Shown here: one piece after another, positions 28,505 to 42,267 of the stretch
Position numbering within the stretch: the first letter of the stretch is position 1
Layout of the letters: the number at the start of each line of letters is the position of its first letter
DNA from: Eledone cirrhosa
Lineage: Eukaryota
Direction of reading: 5' to 3'
Assembly: GCA_964016885.1 (NCBI GenBank)
Contig: OZ024741.1
Span: 15,500,001 to 15,564,000 of the forward strand
Length of the DNA stretch: 64,000 nt
Translations under genes and position numbers: made by a program
Notes under the pieces: model-generated
Seen by the model: the letters and a program-made list of their open reading frames with translations, nothing else
What the model was told of the DNA's origin: nothing
The model's database searches: none

Positions 28505-29069
28505 CTGTTCAATGTAAAATTTCAAATCGTTCGAAAGATTTTGATTTTACTGTCTAGCAAAGAATGGAGAGGCAGTGCTTATAGCCCTCCAATTCGGGAC
28601 ATCCAAGACAGGTAGGGAGAAGGAGGAGGAAAGGAGATATCTTTAACGCCAAGACTTCGTCTGGATTCTAGCAACAGTATTGACTCCGCTAAATGTAGCA
28701 AAGGGCCAGGCGGTGGTGTTAAAAGAGTGACGGATTAAGTCTACCAGTATTACGTATTTTAAACGTTGGTAGATAAGAATATTATCGGGTACCATATCAG
28801 TGTTGTTGTTGTTGCTGTTGTTGTCATCTTTGTTGTTCTTAGTGGTGCTACCATGGTTGTTATATTGTTGTTTTCGTCTTCAACATTGTTGTTTCTGATG
28901 TGTTGTTGACGTGGTTGTTAGTTGTGTTGCTGTTGTTAGTTGTGTTGTCGTTGTTGGTGTTGTTCTTTGTGGATTTGTCACTGATGTTGTTGTCGCTGTT
29001 GTTGCTGTTCTTTTTCTTAATTCGATTGAAGTTAGCCCTGTTCCAGATTATTTATGATGTAAGGTATTC

Positions 29070-29230
29070 CGAGCAAGATGGTTGTATAACATCCATGAGC
29101 TTGGCTGGTCTCGCTTGGGGATCCAACCGGATCAGTTGGAGACGGTTGCTTCCGACAGGACCCACTGGAAGGAGTGTTTCAGGACTCTGCTCTCCCGATC
29201 CCCTCAGGAATAAGTAGGCGAAGAAGAAAA
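29070..29230 (+). mobile_element. RTE LINE 3' fragment
   Basis: Same C-terminus as the 1247-1478 copy (LGWSRLGIQPDQLETVASDRTHWKECFRTLLSRS) with a short GAA tail. Confidence 0.8.
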
Positions 29231-29633
29231 AGTTGAGCCAACCTAAAACGATCGCGTCATTCTGTACAGACAGTGTAAATGAAGGTCTACATTATCTAAT
29301 ATGACCTTCATCTTATAATGACGTAGATAAGTCCTTGTTGACTCGTGGTATCTGTGTATTTACACTCACTCTCGCTAAGATATGTGGAGGAAATATAGGT
29401 GGAAGGTTGGGAAGGAAGAAGAGCAGGAAGGAAGGGGTAAAGACATGGGAACTGAAGGAGAGAAAGAATGAAGGAAATATGAAAAGAGGCGGGGAGGGAG
29501 AAATGGGGGTGAGCAGGTTGTAATAATCAGACAGACTTAATAAAATGTGACGCCTTGATATCTTACATGAGGGTGGAGGTGGGTTATTAATGGGGATGGA
29601 GGTCAGTACTCTGTAGAATATATATGTATGTAT

Positions 29634-29743
<110 letters not shown>

Positions 29744-29905
29744 GGAGAGAAGTAGATCGAGAGAGAGAAATGTATAGATGGATAGAAAGAGTGAGAGAGA
29801 TCATCATCATCATCATCATCACAATCACTTTCATCAGTACTATCATCATTGTTATCACTACGACCATCTTTATCATCGCTATCATTATTAAAAACCACTA
29901 AACGC

Positions 29906-32115
29906 CAACATCATCACCACCACCACCACCATCATAACCATCTTCACCACCACCACCACCACCATCATAACCATCTTCACCACCACCACCACCATCATAA
30001 CCATCACCACCACCATCATAACCATCTTCACCACCACCACCACCACCATCATAACCATCTTCACCACCACCACCACCACCATCATAACCATCTTCACCAC
30101 CACCACCACCACCATCATAACCATCTTCACCACCACCACCACCACCATCATAACCATCTTCACCACCACCACCACCATCATAACCATCTTCACCACCACC
30201 ACCACCACCATCATAACCATCTTCACCACCACCACCACCACCATCATAACCATCTTCACCACCACCACCACCACCATCATAACCATCTTCACCACCACCA
30301 CCACCATCATAACCATCACCACCACCATCATAACCATCTTCACCACCACCACCACCACCATCATAACCATCTTCACCACCACCACCACCACCATCATAAC
30401 CATCTTCACCACCAACCACCACCATCATAACCATCTTCACCACCACCACCACCATCATAACCATCTTCACCACCAACCACCACCATCATAACCATCTTCA
30501 CCACCACCACCACCATCATAACCATCTTCACCACCACCACCACCATCATAACCATCTTCACCACCAACCACCACCATAATAACCATCTTCACCACCACCA
30601 CCACCATCATAACCATCTTCACCACCACCACCACCACCATCATAACCATCTTCACCACCAACCACCACCATCATAACCATCTTCACCACCACCACCACCA
30701 TCATAACCATCTTCACCACCAACCACCACCATCATAACCATCTTCAGCACCACCACCACCATAATAACCATCTTCACCACCACCACCACCATCATAACCA
30801 TCTTCACCACCACCACCACCACCATCATAACCATCTTCACCACCACCACCACCATCATAACCATCTTCACCACCACCACCACCATAATAACCATCTTCAC
30901 CACCACCACCACCATCATAACCATCTTCACCACCACCACCACCACCATCATAACCATCTTCAGCACCACCACCACCATAATAACCATCTTCACCACCAAC
31001 CACCACCATCATAACCATCTTCAGCACCACCACCACCATAATAACCATCTTCACCACCACCACCACCATCATAACCATCTTCACCACCACCACCACCACC
31101 ATCATAACCATCTTCACCACCACCACCATCATAACCATCTTCACCACCACCACCACCACCATCATAACCATCTTCACCACCACCACCACCATCATAACCA
31201 TCTTCACCACCAACCACCACCATCATAACCATCTTCAGCACCACCACCACCATAATAACCATCTTCACCACCACCACCACCATCATAACCATCTTCACCA
31301 CCACCACCACCACCATCATAACCATCTTCACCACCACCACCACCATCATAACCATCTTCACCACCACCACCACCACCATAATAACCATCTTCACCACCAC
31401 CACCACCATCATAACCATCTTCACCACCACCACCACCACCATCATAACCATCTTCACCACCACCACCACCATCATAACCATCATCACCACCACCACCATC
31501 ATAACCATCTTCACCACCAACCACCACCATCATAACCATCTTCAGCACCACCACCACCATCATAACCATCTTCACCACCACCACCACCATCATAACCATC
31601 TTCACCACCACCACCACCATCATAACCATCTTCACCACCACCACCACCATCATCATAACCATCTTCACCACCACCATCATAACCATCTTCACCACCACCA
31701 CCACCACCATCATAACTATCTTCACCACCACCACCACCATAACCATCTTCACCACCACCACCATCATAACCATCTTCACCACCACCACCACCATCATAAC
31801 CATCTCCACCACCACCACCACCATAACGATCTTCACCACCACCATCATCACTGCCACCACCACGATAACCATCTTCACCACCACCAACACCATCATAATC
31901 ATCTTCACCACCACAACCAACATCATCTCAATCAGCAGCATCACCATCATCACCATCATCTCAATCAGCAACACCATCATCATCACCACCATCATCTCAA
32001 TCAGCACCACCATCATCACCACCATCATCATCTCAATCAGCACCACCATCACCACCATCACCATCACCACCATCACCTCAATCAGCAGCATCACTATCAT
32101 CGTCCTCATCATCAA
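29906..32115. repeat. Compound (CAC)n-CATCATAACCATCTT minisatellite
   Basis: ~2 kb of 21-30-bp units with variable CAC count. Confidence 0.93.
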
Positions 32116-32512
32116 TATCGCGTGATTTTCGAAATAATGGTGTGAACCTATACGTGGTCACCCAAGGTGCTCGACATAGCAACCAAATCTTCTTCAGATC
32201 ACACCTCACTCTCTTGGGAAAGGAAATGGCACATTATATAATATATTGCTATTCTGAGTTCAAATTCCGCCTAGGTTAACTTTGCCTTTCATCCTTACGG
32301 GGTCGATAAAATAAAGTACCAGTAATGCACTGGGTAATTGCTGGCCTTGTGCCAAAAGTAGAAACAATTATATAATATATTCCAAGTTACACATATGTAT
32401 CTATATTTCGTACGTTTATATACACACACACATATATAAATATTTATGTGCAGGTGTGTGCGTATATATATATATATATGTGTGTGTGTATATACACACA
32501 CAAACACACATA

Positions 32513-32589
<77 letters not shown>

Positions 32590-32592
<3 letters not shown>

Positions 32593-34017
32593 GCTCTACC
32601 TACACCAACATACTTTCCGAAACCCGGCCCGGCGTCATACCACTACACTTTCGGGCCACATCTGGGACCTCAAAAATAATAATATAACCTACAATCTCAC
32701 TTGGAGCTTACTGTCCAGAGCTAACTCTTACACGGGAGGACGCCGTCCGTGTAACTTATGCTCGGAGGAAACATTACAAATGTTGTTTTCGAAGGACCAA
32801 TTCCTAAACAAGAAAGACGAACTGGTAACTGCATGCAAACACAGATTGCGTAGGACTTACCTCGCCCTCAAACCCCATAATGACCCGGGGGGTGGGGGTA
32901 GACAAGGGCTGAAACACCCACTTGCCGATTTTGTAAGGGGTAACCCCTGCTTACAAAGGTAGACGTAACTTTTTTTTATCTTTTCCTCTATATTTCCTTC
33001 TTCCCCCCATCTCTTGCTAGTCCTTCCACCCCAGATCTCCTTCCTCGCCTTTTTTTCACCTTTTTGCCTACCCCGATGCAGCCCATCGGTGATCTGTAGC
33101 CTCAGTACCCCCATCCACCCCTAATTTTAAGATAGAATTGGCCGATTACGCTTTTTATAGCAGATGTGTTAGACCCAAGTAAATTGTTTTCTTTCTGGTT
33201 GCTGCTCCATTTCTGTGGTTTCTAAATTTCTTAGTGGTATTTTTGTATTAATATTTTGGTATTAGTATTTCTGTATTAGTATTCTGAATTAATATTTCGT
33301 ATTAGTATTTTTGTAGTAGTATTTTAGTATTTTTGTTCTCAACTTATTAACGTGTCATTGAAAGATAGCATTGGTTGATTACTAACTAACTATAGCAGTG
33401 GTGTTCGACCCCCTGTAAAGCCGGCTTTATAAAATTATTTCACTACAATCTCGTATTTAGTATTTTTCTCCACCTATTAAACTTTTCTATAGCTTAGCAA
33501 TACCAATGAGAGATTTGGTGATTGTGGGGATGGAGTAACCAGAAATTGTTTTTTATATATTTATTTTTTATATATTTATTTTTTTTGTTTACTCCTTTTC
33601 GATTTACCTATTCTTTCAACCCCCCTCCCCCCCCCCCCCCCCCGTTATTCAGTACACTTTTTTCGACCTTCTATACACCATCCTTAGAATCTGTTGTATA
33701 GATTTCACTTTCAACGCTTGACTGGGTTTCCCCCACTCCCTCTTTGTTCTACCGGCAAGTTCAGCTACCCCTACCCCTACCTCCCACCAAATGCCATATT
33801 AGAATCATCTGTCTTTACAACAAATTTTTGACCAATCCTTTTGACAATTACTATCTTCCCATATAAGGAAATACCCCCTGAGAAGTTCGGCTATTTATTT
33901 ACCAGGCTAAAAATGTTTATTTAGTCCAGAATTAGCCGTCGAAACGGCCTGAGCTCTGCCGTCGGGGTCATACTTGTTCGTTATGGTCCATCTGGTACCT
34001 TACCACATTTCCTTCGT

Positions 34018-34020
<3 letters not shown>
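32590..34020 (+). mobile_element. 5'-truncated Penelope-like element: GIY-YIG C-terminus, 3' UTR and family-A terminal repeat
   Basis: [84 protein letters not shown] fits the PLE endonuclease pattern H..F...T.LS.HIW.LK...W...Y...C.LC..E...LN...E...C.H; (TA)n on both sides. Confidence 0.88.
33873..33968 (+). ncRNA. Type I hammerhead-like fold with altered core (CUGAGAA)
   Basis: acccc CTGAGAA g tt cggcta...tagccg t c GAAA cggc-ctgagctct-gccg TC ggggt; all three helices and the GUC site are intact, G8 replaced by A. Confidence 0.68.
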
Positions 34021-34093
<73 letters not shown>

Positions 34094-34211
34094 CGTCTGT
34101 ATGTGTGTGTATATACACAAACAAATGTATATATATATATATATATATATACACAAGCAAATATATATATATATATATACACACACAAACAAATATATAT
34201 ATATACACACA

Positions 34212-34273
<62 letters not shown>

Positions 34274-34997
34274 AACAAATATATATATATACACTGTGGT
34301 ACTCCCACACATTGACAGATGCACCAATATAGATAGCCAAACAACCTGTCTAACAGATGCAAGTGTCATAATGACGACCTGGTCTCGGTCTAATGATCCT
34401 CTGTAATGACCTTCTATCATTGACTTATACTTACTGATGGTGGTGGCGGTGGTAGCGGTGGTAGTGTGGTGGTGGTGGTGGTGGTGTGGTGGTGGCGGTA
34501 GTGGTGGTGCTGGTGCTGGTGATGCTGGTGGTGCTGGTGGTGGTGGTAGTGGTGCTTGTGGTGGTGCTGGTGGTGATGGTGGTGGCGGTGGTGGTGTGGT
34601 GGTGATGGTGGTGGTAGTAGTGGTGGTGCTGGTGCTGGTGGTGCTGGTGGTGCTGCTGCTGGTGCGTGTGGTGGTGCTAGTGGTGATGGTGGTGGTGGTG
34701 GTAGTAGTGGTGGTGGTGTTGGTGGTGGTGGTGGTGGTGGTTGGGGGCGTGTTTGTGGTGTTTGTGGTGGTGTTTTACTTGTTTGTAGTGTTGGTGGCGG
34801 TGGTGTTAGTGGTAGTGGTGGTGTTAGTGTCGGTGGTGGTGGTGTTTACTTGTATATTTGCATATGTTGCTGTTGGTTATATTCTGACATACCTAACGTT
34901 GATACAACATGGCTGACTCACATTGACATATCTCTTTTCTTTTTTATCTTTTTCTTCACCTCTTTTATCTCTATCTCTCTCTATATATATCTCTCTT

Positions 34998-35090
<93 letters not shown>

Positions 35091-35122
35091 ATGTATATAT
35101 ATATTTATATATATATTTATAT

Positions 35123-35168
<46 letters not shown>

Positions 35169-35193
35169 ATGTATATATGTAAAAGGTAAACAG

Positions 35194-35245
<52 letters not shown>

Positions 35246-35453
35246 TTGTGTGTGTGTGTATGTGTGTGTGTGTATAATGTCAGTGAAAATCTAAAAGTTG
35301 TAATCTTCATCGTTATAGTTGAATTGAATAGAACAAATATATGACTATACACACACACACACACACACACTCACATATACATATACATACACACATACAC
35401 CCACACTCACACACATACACACACACACATGCACACACACACACACACACATG

Positions 35454-35499
<46 letters not shown>

Positions 35500-35844
35500 C
35501 ACGTGTATGTCACCAATGACCTTCACCCTAATTTTTTATCACATGCAAACTTTGGTTAAATTTTAAATGAACTTTACTAGAGGAATTCTTTGTCATGCAC
35601 TGGGAATATCTTTTACCAAAATGATTGTGACTGGAACCCCTTTAAACATCAACAACAACAGCAACATTATTTACTCCAGTTTACCTACGTTTCAACAATA
35701 CTTCTTACTGGTAGTATCATTTATCATTTAAGGTACAACTGAAACCGAGAACCGAAAATAATTAGTCAATATTTTAACTAGAATCGAATACCGTTGCGAC
35801 ATAAACTTAAGAAATGGTCTTTAAAAATATGGTCGTGAATCTTG

Positions 35845-36460
35845 GGCTGAATTGAATGCAAGGATTGCAGGATCTGCTGCAGGAATGCACCAGCTTCAGC
35901 ATTCGTTAATCAGAAGAAGGAATGTACGCGTAAAAGTCTAACTCACTATCTTCAATTCGGTTTTCATGTTAACCGTTACCAATGGTCATAAATCTTGGGT
36001 AAAGGCCGAAAGAATACGATCAGGAATACTAGCGGCCAAAATGGGGTTTCTCCAAAGAGTCTTTAGAGTAAAATAACTCGATAGAGTGTGTAGCTCGGAG
36101 ATCAGAGAGTGACTCCAGGTAGAGCCGCTACTTCTCTAAATTAAGAGATGACAGCTCTGATATTAAGGGTATGTGGTTAGAATGTCTCAGGTAAGAATCA
36201 CTGGACAGATTTTACGGGAAAAACCAACCGGCAGAGGGTCAAGGGGTAGACTCCAAGCAAGATATTTGGATAACATCGATAAGCTTGGGGCTGGTCTAGC
36301 TTGGGGATTCAGCAGGATCAATTGGAGACGGCTGTTTCTGACAGGACCCGCTGGAAGAAGAAGAAGAAGAAGAAGAAGAAGAAGAAGAAGAAGAAGAAGA
36401 AGAAGAAGAAGAAGAAGAAGAAGAAGAAGAAGAAGAAGAAGAAGAAGAAGAAGAAGAAGA
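35845..36460 (+). pseudogene. Decayed RTE-clade (Rex3/Expander-like) ORF C-terminus with (GAA)n tail
   Basis: ELNARI...GHKSWVKAERIRSGILAAKMGFLQRV...DRVCSSEIRE*LQVEPLLL...GYVVRMSQVR...PTGRGSRGR with several stops. Confidence 0.85.
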
Positions 36461-36699
36461 ATGATTTCTTTATTAACCACAAGGGTTTACATAAAGTAGA
36501 CATTAAGGACAGTGCAGGACAATACAGGACGGTACAAATGGGCATTTCTGCGTGTAAAAACAAAAACAGAGGATGTAACAAAAAATAACAATGAAAAATT
36601 CCCCAATAGGGAGGAGACTTCGGAGGGACATTTGTGGAGAAAGCCCAGTAAAAGGCCACAGTGACCATGACCACCAAGGCAAGTGCCCTCTCCCAGTTT

Positions 36700-39600
36700 T
36701 CCACCTTTAATTTACAGATATATACTCAGAGTAGGCCCATTCACTCGGGCCATTCTTGCTTCTCTCACCCATCTTTCAACAAAATGCTGGGAAGAGAGCA
36801 CTTGCCTCTCTACTCTGATTTTCCTTTTCAAATGAAATTTGAAAAAGTCAATCAGGGCATCACCGAAGAGGTAAGTGCTCGTCTTCAGCCCTTTCAAACG
36901 TGTCCACCATACTATCTCTTTCGCCATGACCACCAGACAGATAAAAACTGCCTGCCCTTCCCGACTAAAGGAAGAGGGCGGGGCAATCCTCACGATGGAC
37001 TCAGCAGATGTTCGACATAAACCCACAAGTCAGCAATTTTCGGACACTGGACGAGTGTGTGCAGGACGGTTTCGTCACCCTGCGCGCATCTCGGATATGC
37101 CCGGCTGACGGCACCTCCATGCCTGTAGAGTTTATCCCGAACTGGCAAGGCTCCTCGGTAGCACTACCAGGCCAGAGATTTCTGGAAGTTGTCAATAGGT
37201 CCCGGCCCGAAAGTTCTTCCGAAGAGATTGGCTAGTTGATTTTCGTCGACGCCTAGTTTCCCCAAGTACGTCGTCGCTCTTCCCCTCCACTAATCCTCTA
37301 TAGAACGCCGAGGTGGAGTTTCCACCGATCACATTGCCCGATTGGTCGAGGGCTGTGAGCGCCTGAAGACATTCCAGTCTCCAGGCGCTCCCTCTAGGTC
37401 TTTGCTTGACCCAGGACTGCAGCTCCGTCAAGGAAACGAGCTGGGGAAATACGTGTTTAAAAACGGCGACCACACCTGATCACCGTCGAGGAAGAGGTGG
37501 AGATGTCATAGCCTGAGCGCGTGCCTGCGCATCATCAGCCATGGCATTCTCAGCCCTCCACCAATTTAACCGGTCCGTCCGTCCAGCGTCCGACGACGCT
37601 GTTGGACGGCATGGACCTGCCTCTCCAGGTGCCGAGCTGCAGGCCCACTGACATTTCCTGGTTGATCATTGCTACTGTCACCGCTTCGTATTCTCTTAGT
37701 GTAGTGCCGATCGCCTCGATGTGTTTGGCGTTCGACACCACTACGGTGACATCGTCCGCATATGCTGACACGGATCTTCCGCATCCTAGTTCGCGCGGGA
37801 CGCTCCTCAACGTCTCCAGTTTGTGCAGTAATGGCTCGAGAGTCAATACGTACAAGAGGGACGAGAGGGGACATCCTCGGCGGACCGAGCGCATGATGTT
37901 GAACGGTTCCGAAAGGTGACCGTTCACTCTCACCACAGAGCAGATCTCGCTGTGCATGGCAGCAACCAGCCTCCGAAGACGGGCCCAAAGCCAGCCGCCC
38001 TCAGGATTGCCGCTAGGTAACGATGGTCGACCCTATCGAAAGCTTTCGACTGATCTAAATTGATCAAGGACCCACCCATGCCAGGTTCCCTAGCTACCCT
38101 CTCTACGATGTATCGCATGAGGTGGAGGTTGTCGTGGATGGATCTGTCGGGAATGGCGCATGTCTGCGCCTCTCCCACCAGACCACCAACGACAAGCGCC
38201 AACCTCTTTGCTAGCACCTTGGCCAAAATCTTGAACTCTGTGTTTAGCAGGGTTATGGGCCGGAAATTATCTATCTTATCCCCCTTGTTCGGATCCTTTC
38301 TCAGCAGTGCCACCGCTCCTCGGCTCACAGAACTGGGAATTCTCCCGTTCTGTTGCCAGTTGCAGTAGACGTCCGCCAAGAGGCTTCCGAACAAGTCTGG
38401 CATCTGTACGTAAAGTTCATAGGGCAGACCATCCAAACCAGGCGATTTACCCCTTGTGAAGCCAGTCATTGCCTCCCTTACTTCAGCGGCTGTTATCGGC
38501 TTTTCGCAACACTCCGCCTCAGTGGCCGAGAGCCGCGGCAGTCCGTCGAGGTAGACACTAAAGTCCATCCCTCGACCCGGCCCACCGCTGCTCCCGAACA
38601 GCTGAGCGAAGTGTCGCTGAAAAGCTTCACACAATTGCCCGGGATTGAGTAGCATGCGCCCGTCGTGGTCCACCAAAGACCGGATCGTGGGTTTGTTGCC
38701 ACGACGCGCCTCCGCCACTCGGGCACATTGAACGGCTTTCGTCCCCTCGTGTCTGAGAGCACGCACCCTAGCTCTGACAACGCAGCCTTCGTTCTTTGCA
38801 TTGAAGAATTGGTCAAGGGCCAATTTCGCCGCAAGCATGTCGGTCACAATGCTTTTGCTAAGCGCCTCGTCTAATTTTCTAACTAGTTCTCCCTCTGCTC
38901 TATTTTTCTCTATTGCTAAAGCCTTACTAAACCTAATGGATTCTATTCTAATCGCTCTTTTCAGAGCAAACCACCACTAGTTGTTAACGATGGCTCCCGT
39001 CAACGCCCGCTTAACTAGTTCGCTAATCCGGTCTCTGTAGGCCTTGCGCGCTGGTAAGGACGCGTTTAGCTTCCAGTAGCCGGGTCCTCGTCTATGAAGC
39101 CTATCTAAGTCAAGCACACAGATCACGAATTTGTGGTCCGTGTAGCTGACTATCTTGAATTGTGGACAGCCTATGCTAGACCTATCTATTTCCCTACAAA
39201 ATACTCTATCTAGATATGATCTGGATGACCCTACGCAATTTGTCCAAGTCCACATTGGCACATTCGGGAAATCCAATCGGTACCTGTCAGACAGTTCAAA
39301 ACGCCTGAGCAGGTTGGTGAGGCTCTTGCACCCTCCACCCCTATCCGCTAATCCCACACAGTCCCAGCGTGCATCTAAGATCCCGTTCCAGTCGGCCACT
39401 AACACTAAAGAGCGGAACGTTCCAAGAAAGGTCTCCAGACGCCGGAAGAAATCAGGCCGCCCTGTTCCTGTCGGGGCATAGACGGCCACTAGCCTGAAAG
39501 CTTGCCCGTCTCCGCTGGTAACGTCCAGCACCACCAACTTACCCTTTGGGTCCAGGAAGATGGCCCGTATGGCGAGATCCAAACCTCTCCGAAAAAGCAC

Positions 39601-39813
39601 AGCAACTCCTCTACCCGATCCAGGACGGCTGGGAGATGCGTACACATCGTAGCCGCCGAAGATCGGTGCGAAGGCCCGTGCTTCGGAGATTCTTGTCTCG
39701 CTGGTGGCCACTACATCTATGTTTAGTGACCTGAGGTCGTTGAGCAGGTGACCCTGCTTCCATGACGACCCCAAGCTACGCGCATTTATGCTGCCTATTC
39801 TGAGTGAGGTCAT
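36700..39813 (-). pseudogene. Tx1/L1 ORF2: AP endonuclease, reverse transcriptase and C-terminal zinc motif, disrupted
   Basis: SINARSL, SET, VYAP, DWN, SYLDR, YTDHK, GPGYWKLN; KSPGLDGL, NFRPITLLN, DQSKAFDRVDH, RRGCPLS, YADD; C-terminal CPRC...ETVLH...C. In-frame TAG at 38977-38979, frameshift ~37960, frameshift/deletion ~37550. Confidence 0.92.
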
Positions 39814-39848
39814 GTTTAAAATAGAGTGGAAAAGATGGGAAAGACCAC

Positions 39849-41981
39849 TTACCGTACTTTTCGTAGAGGAGGGATGGTTTTTACATCCCTTTTCACTTGA
39901 TCCTCTGGTGAAGGGACCGTTGAATCGTCCCTTCGGCTGGTCGTCGGCTCTTCTATGAGTATGTCCGAATATACTCTTCGGTTGATAGTTCCTCCTAGGT
40001 CTCTGAAATCACCAACTGCGTTGGGGAATTTCGTTTTAATGTTTGTGTATTGTTTCTGTGCTATTTTTAGCAGTCTTATGTTAGTTGGCGTTTTGATTTG
40101 TGCTGGTATTATGTAGTCGTGTTGTGAAATGTCTGTGTGTTCAATTATGTAAGTCATTAGTTTCTTGTTGTGTGTATTTATTGCCGTGCATTTGTTTTTC
40201 TGGGGGTGCGGTGTGGTTCTGCTATTTTCTTGTCGTTGTTGCTGGGTGTGTGTGTTTTGTTGTTGTGTTTGCGATGTTGGTGCTTGTGGTGGTGGTGTTG
40301 AAGGTGTTGTTGGTGGTGGGGTTGTCGCCGGTGGTGATGGTGGTGCTAGTGTGGGTGGTGATGGTGTTGGTGGTGTTGCTGCTGTGAGTCTCTTTGCAGT
40401 AGACTTTACCCTTTTTTCATTTCTTTCCTCCCTTTTCAAAGGTGACGATGCGCTGCTTCTGCGTTTGTGCCTTCTTACGACATTTTGCCATCCCTCTCCC
40501 ACCACGCACTCCATGTCTGATTTTGTGAGGTCAGGGAGGGGTACCAGCTCCACTCTTTCTCTTGTTGTTGTTGGTGATGTTTGCACTGGACTCGCTGTTG
40601 CAGCTGCATTTGGTATTGCTGTTGTTGTTGCTAATACTTCCACTGCTGCTGCTGTTTTTGATTTCCGTGGCGTGGGTATGGGTGCCACGGACCTATCGTT
40701 CCTGGTTGCGGCTTGTCCTGTTGCTGGTAGCCGTGGAGCCGGTTTCGGAAGGAGGGGGGTCTTCTCCTTTCTCAGGGTCTTCTCGTTGCAGAAGGCCCTG
40801 AGGTGAGTCTTCGATCCACAGCGAAAGCATTTCGGGCGTTTTCCCTCAACACTTATGGGCAGTTGAGTGCCGTTATCGAAGTCTATCACATCCGGGATAG
40901 CTTCGATGCACTCCTGGTTGGTTTGGATTAACATCTCAATGGAGGTGCCGACCCAATCTTCTCTTACTTTTTTCTGTACTTGCAGTACAGTTGTTTTGTC
41001 CTCGATTCCGACGAGGACAGACACGGCCAGCCAAGAAGGAGCCATCCCGGGGGGGACGTGGGTCAGTTTGACCCTCACAATTTTTTGCCCGCAGTAGGAG
41101 GGCACCAACACCATTTCCTCGCTCCTTAGGGTCACTAAGGATTGAGCCTTTGCCTCCTGGGGTGTGGCAAAAAGCACTTCTACGGTGGCATATTTCTTGT
41201 CTCGGGTGATGTGCGTTTTTCGCTGCCGCACAGACCCCAAAGCTTTTTGTATTTGAGCCTCTGTGGCTCTTTCAACCCTACGGGATTTTGTACTTACTGT
41301 ACGGTACGTGACCGTACAGTGCTGTTGGGTTTCGAAAAATGTTTCCGCTGCCTTGCAGATTGCTCGGTGTCCAGTTTTTGTCACCATCTTCTTCGCTTCC
41401 TCTAATTCCTCATTTGTTATGAGGATGGTTTCCAGGTTCTTTGCGATACCTGCAAACGAGATTGGTTCTTCTTTGCTGCTGCTGTTGTTGTTGTTGTCGT
41501 CAGAGCTGCTGTTACTTTTGTTGTTGCTGCAGGTACTACGACTACTGCCGCCGCCGCTGTTGCTGTGGTTGTTGTTGTTGTTGCTGCTGCTAATGCTGTT
41601 GTTGTTTATGCTGTTGCTGATGCTGTTGCGGCTGCTACTGTTGTTTTCATTGTCACTGTTGCTGTTGTTATTACGGCTGTTACTGCTATTATTCCTGACA
41701 TCAGACGAATGAAATGGGTTTTCGTATTTCCCGCACACCTGTTTCGTCGCTGTCGTCGTCGTCGTGGAGAAATCTTGCACGCTTTGCACGAGACTTTTCT
41801 TTTCTGTCGTCGCTTGCGAAAGAGCAGGGAGGGAGAGAGACACATTTAAAGAAGGGAGGGAGAGAGACACATTTAAAGAAGGGAGGGAGAGAGACAATCT
41901 TCTCTCTGCTGTAGTGACGATTGAGGAAGAAGAAGACAGAATGAGTGGGAGTGACCTATGAAGATTCTTTTTCGTAGCCAT
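39849..41981 (-). CDS. Tx1-type ORF1 (nucleic-acid binding, CCHC zinc knuckle)
   Basis: Open frame from ATG 41981 (MATKK); CFRCGSKTHLRAFC knuckle; N/S-rich and P/T-rich linkers. Confidence 0.85.
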   Translation of the reverse strand: MATKKNLHRSLPLILSSSSSIVTTAERRLSLSLPSLNVSLSLPSLNVSLSLPALSQATTEKKSLVQSVQDFSTTTTTATKQVCGKYENPFHSSDVRNNSSNSRNNNSNSDNENNSSSRNSISNSINNNSISSSNNNNNHSNSGGGSSRSTCSNNKSNSSSDDNNNNSSSKEEPISFAGIAKNLETILITNEELEEAKKMVTKTGHRAICKAAETFFETQQHCTVTYRTVSTKSRRVERATEAQIQKALGSVRQRKTHITRDKKYATVEVLFATPQEAKAQSLVTLRSEEMVLVPSYCGQKIVRVKLTHVPPGMAPSWLAVSVLVGIEDKTTVLQVQKKVREDWVGTSIEMLIQTNQECIEAIPDVIDFDNGTQLPISVEGKRPKCFRCGSKTHLRAFCNEKTLRKEKTPLLPKPAPRLPATGQAATRNDRSVAPIPTPRKSKTAAAVEVLATTTAIPNAAATASPVQTSPTTTRERVELVPLPDLTKSDMECVVGEGWQNVVRRHKRRSSASSPLKREERNEKRVKSTAKRLTAATPPTPSPPTLAPPSPPATTPPPTTPSTPPPQAPTSQTQQQNTHTQQQRQENSRTTPHPQKNKCTAINTHNKKLMTYIIEHTDISQHDYIIPAQIKTPTNIRLLKIAQKQYTNIKTKFPNAVGDFRDLGGTINRRVYSDILIEEPTTSRRDDSTVPSPEDQVKRDVKTIPPLRKVR

Positions 41982-42197
41982 GTTGTTTTTTTTGTTTAAA
42001 ATAAATGTTGGGCACAAAACCCCAATAAGCAGTTATTTAACCCCGAAGGGCCAAATAACGGGCAGAAAGACCCCTCTCACGAGGAGGAGGGTGTTTTTGT
42101 CTACAAGTTGGTTAAAGTTTTAAACAATTTACAATTGTTATAGCGGTCAAAATTTACAATACCTTACAGAGCCGAGCCTCCGTCAACCATAGCATTC

Positions 42198-42228
<31 letters not shown>

Positions 42229-42267
42229 TTTTAACTAGATCAATCTTAGTTTTCTATATTTGAGTAA

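Larger units (their letters stand above)
36461..42197 (-). mobile_element. Near full-length Tx1/L1-clade non-LTR retrotransposon
   Basis: Two-ORF layout, AATAAA just before the 3' end, (TTC)n 3' flank and (ATT)n 5' flank on the element strand. Confidence 0.92.

Noticed and set aside
29849-31520. His-rich or Gly-rich (GGGGEDGYD) structural protein gene
   Set aside because: Frequent 2-bp frameshifts across the array and no supporting start or splice context.
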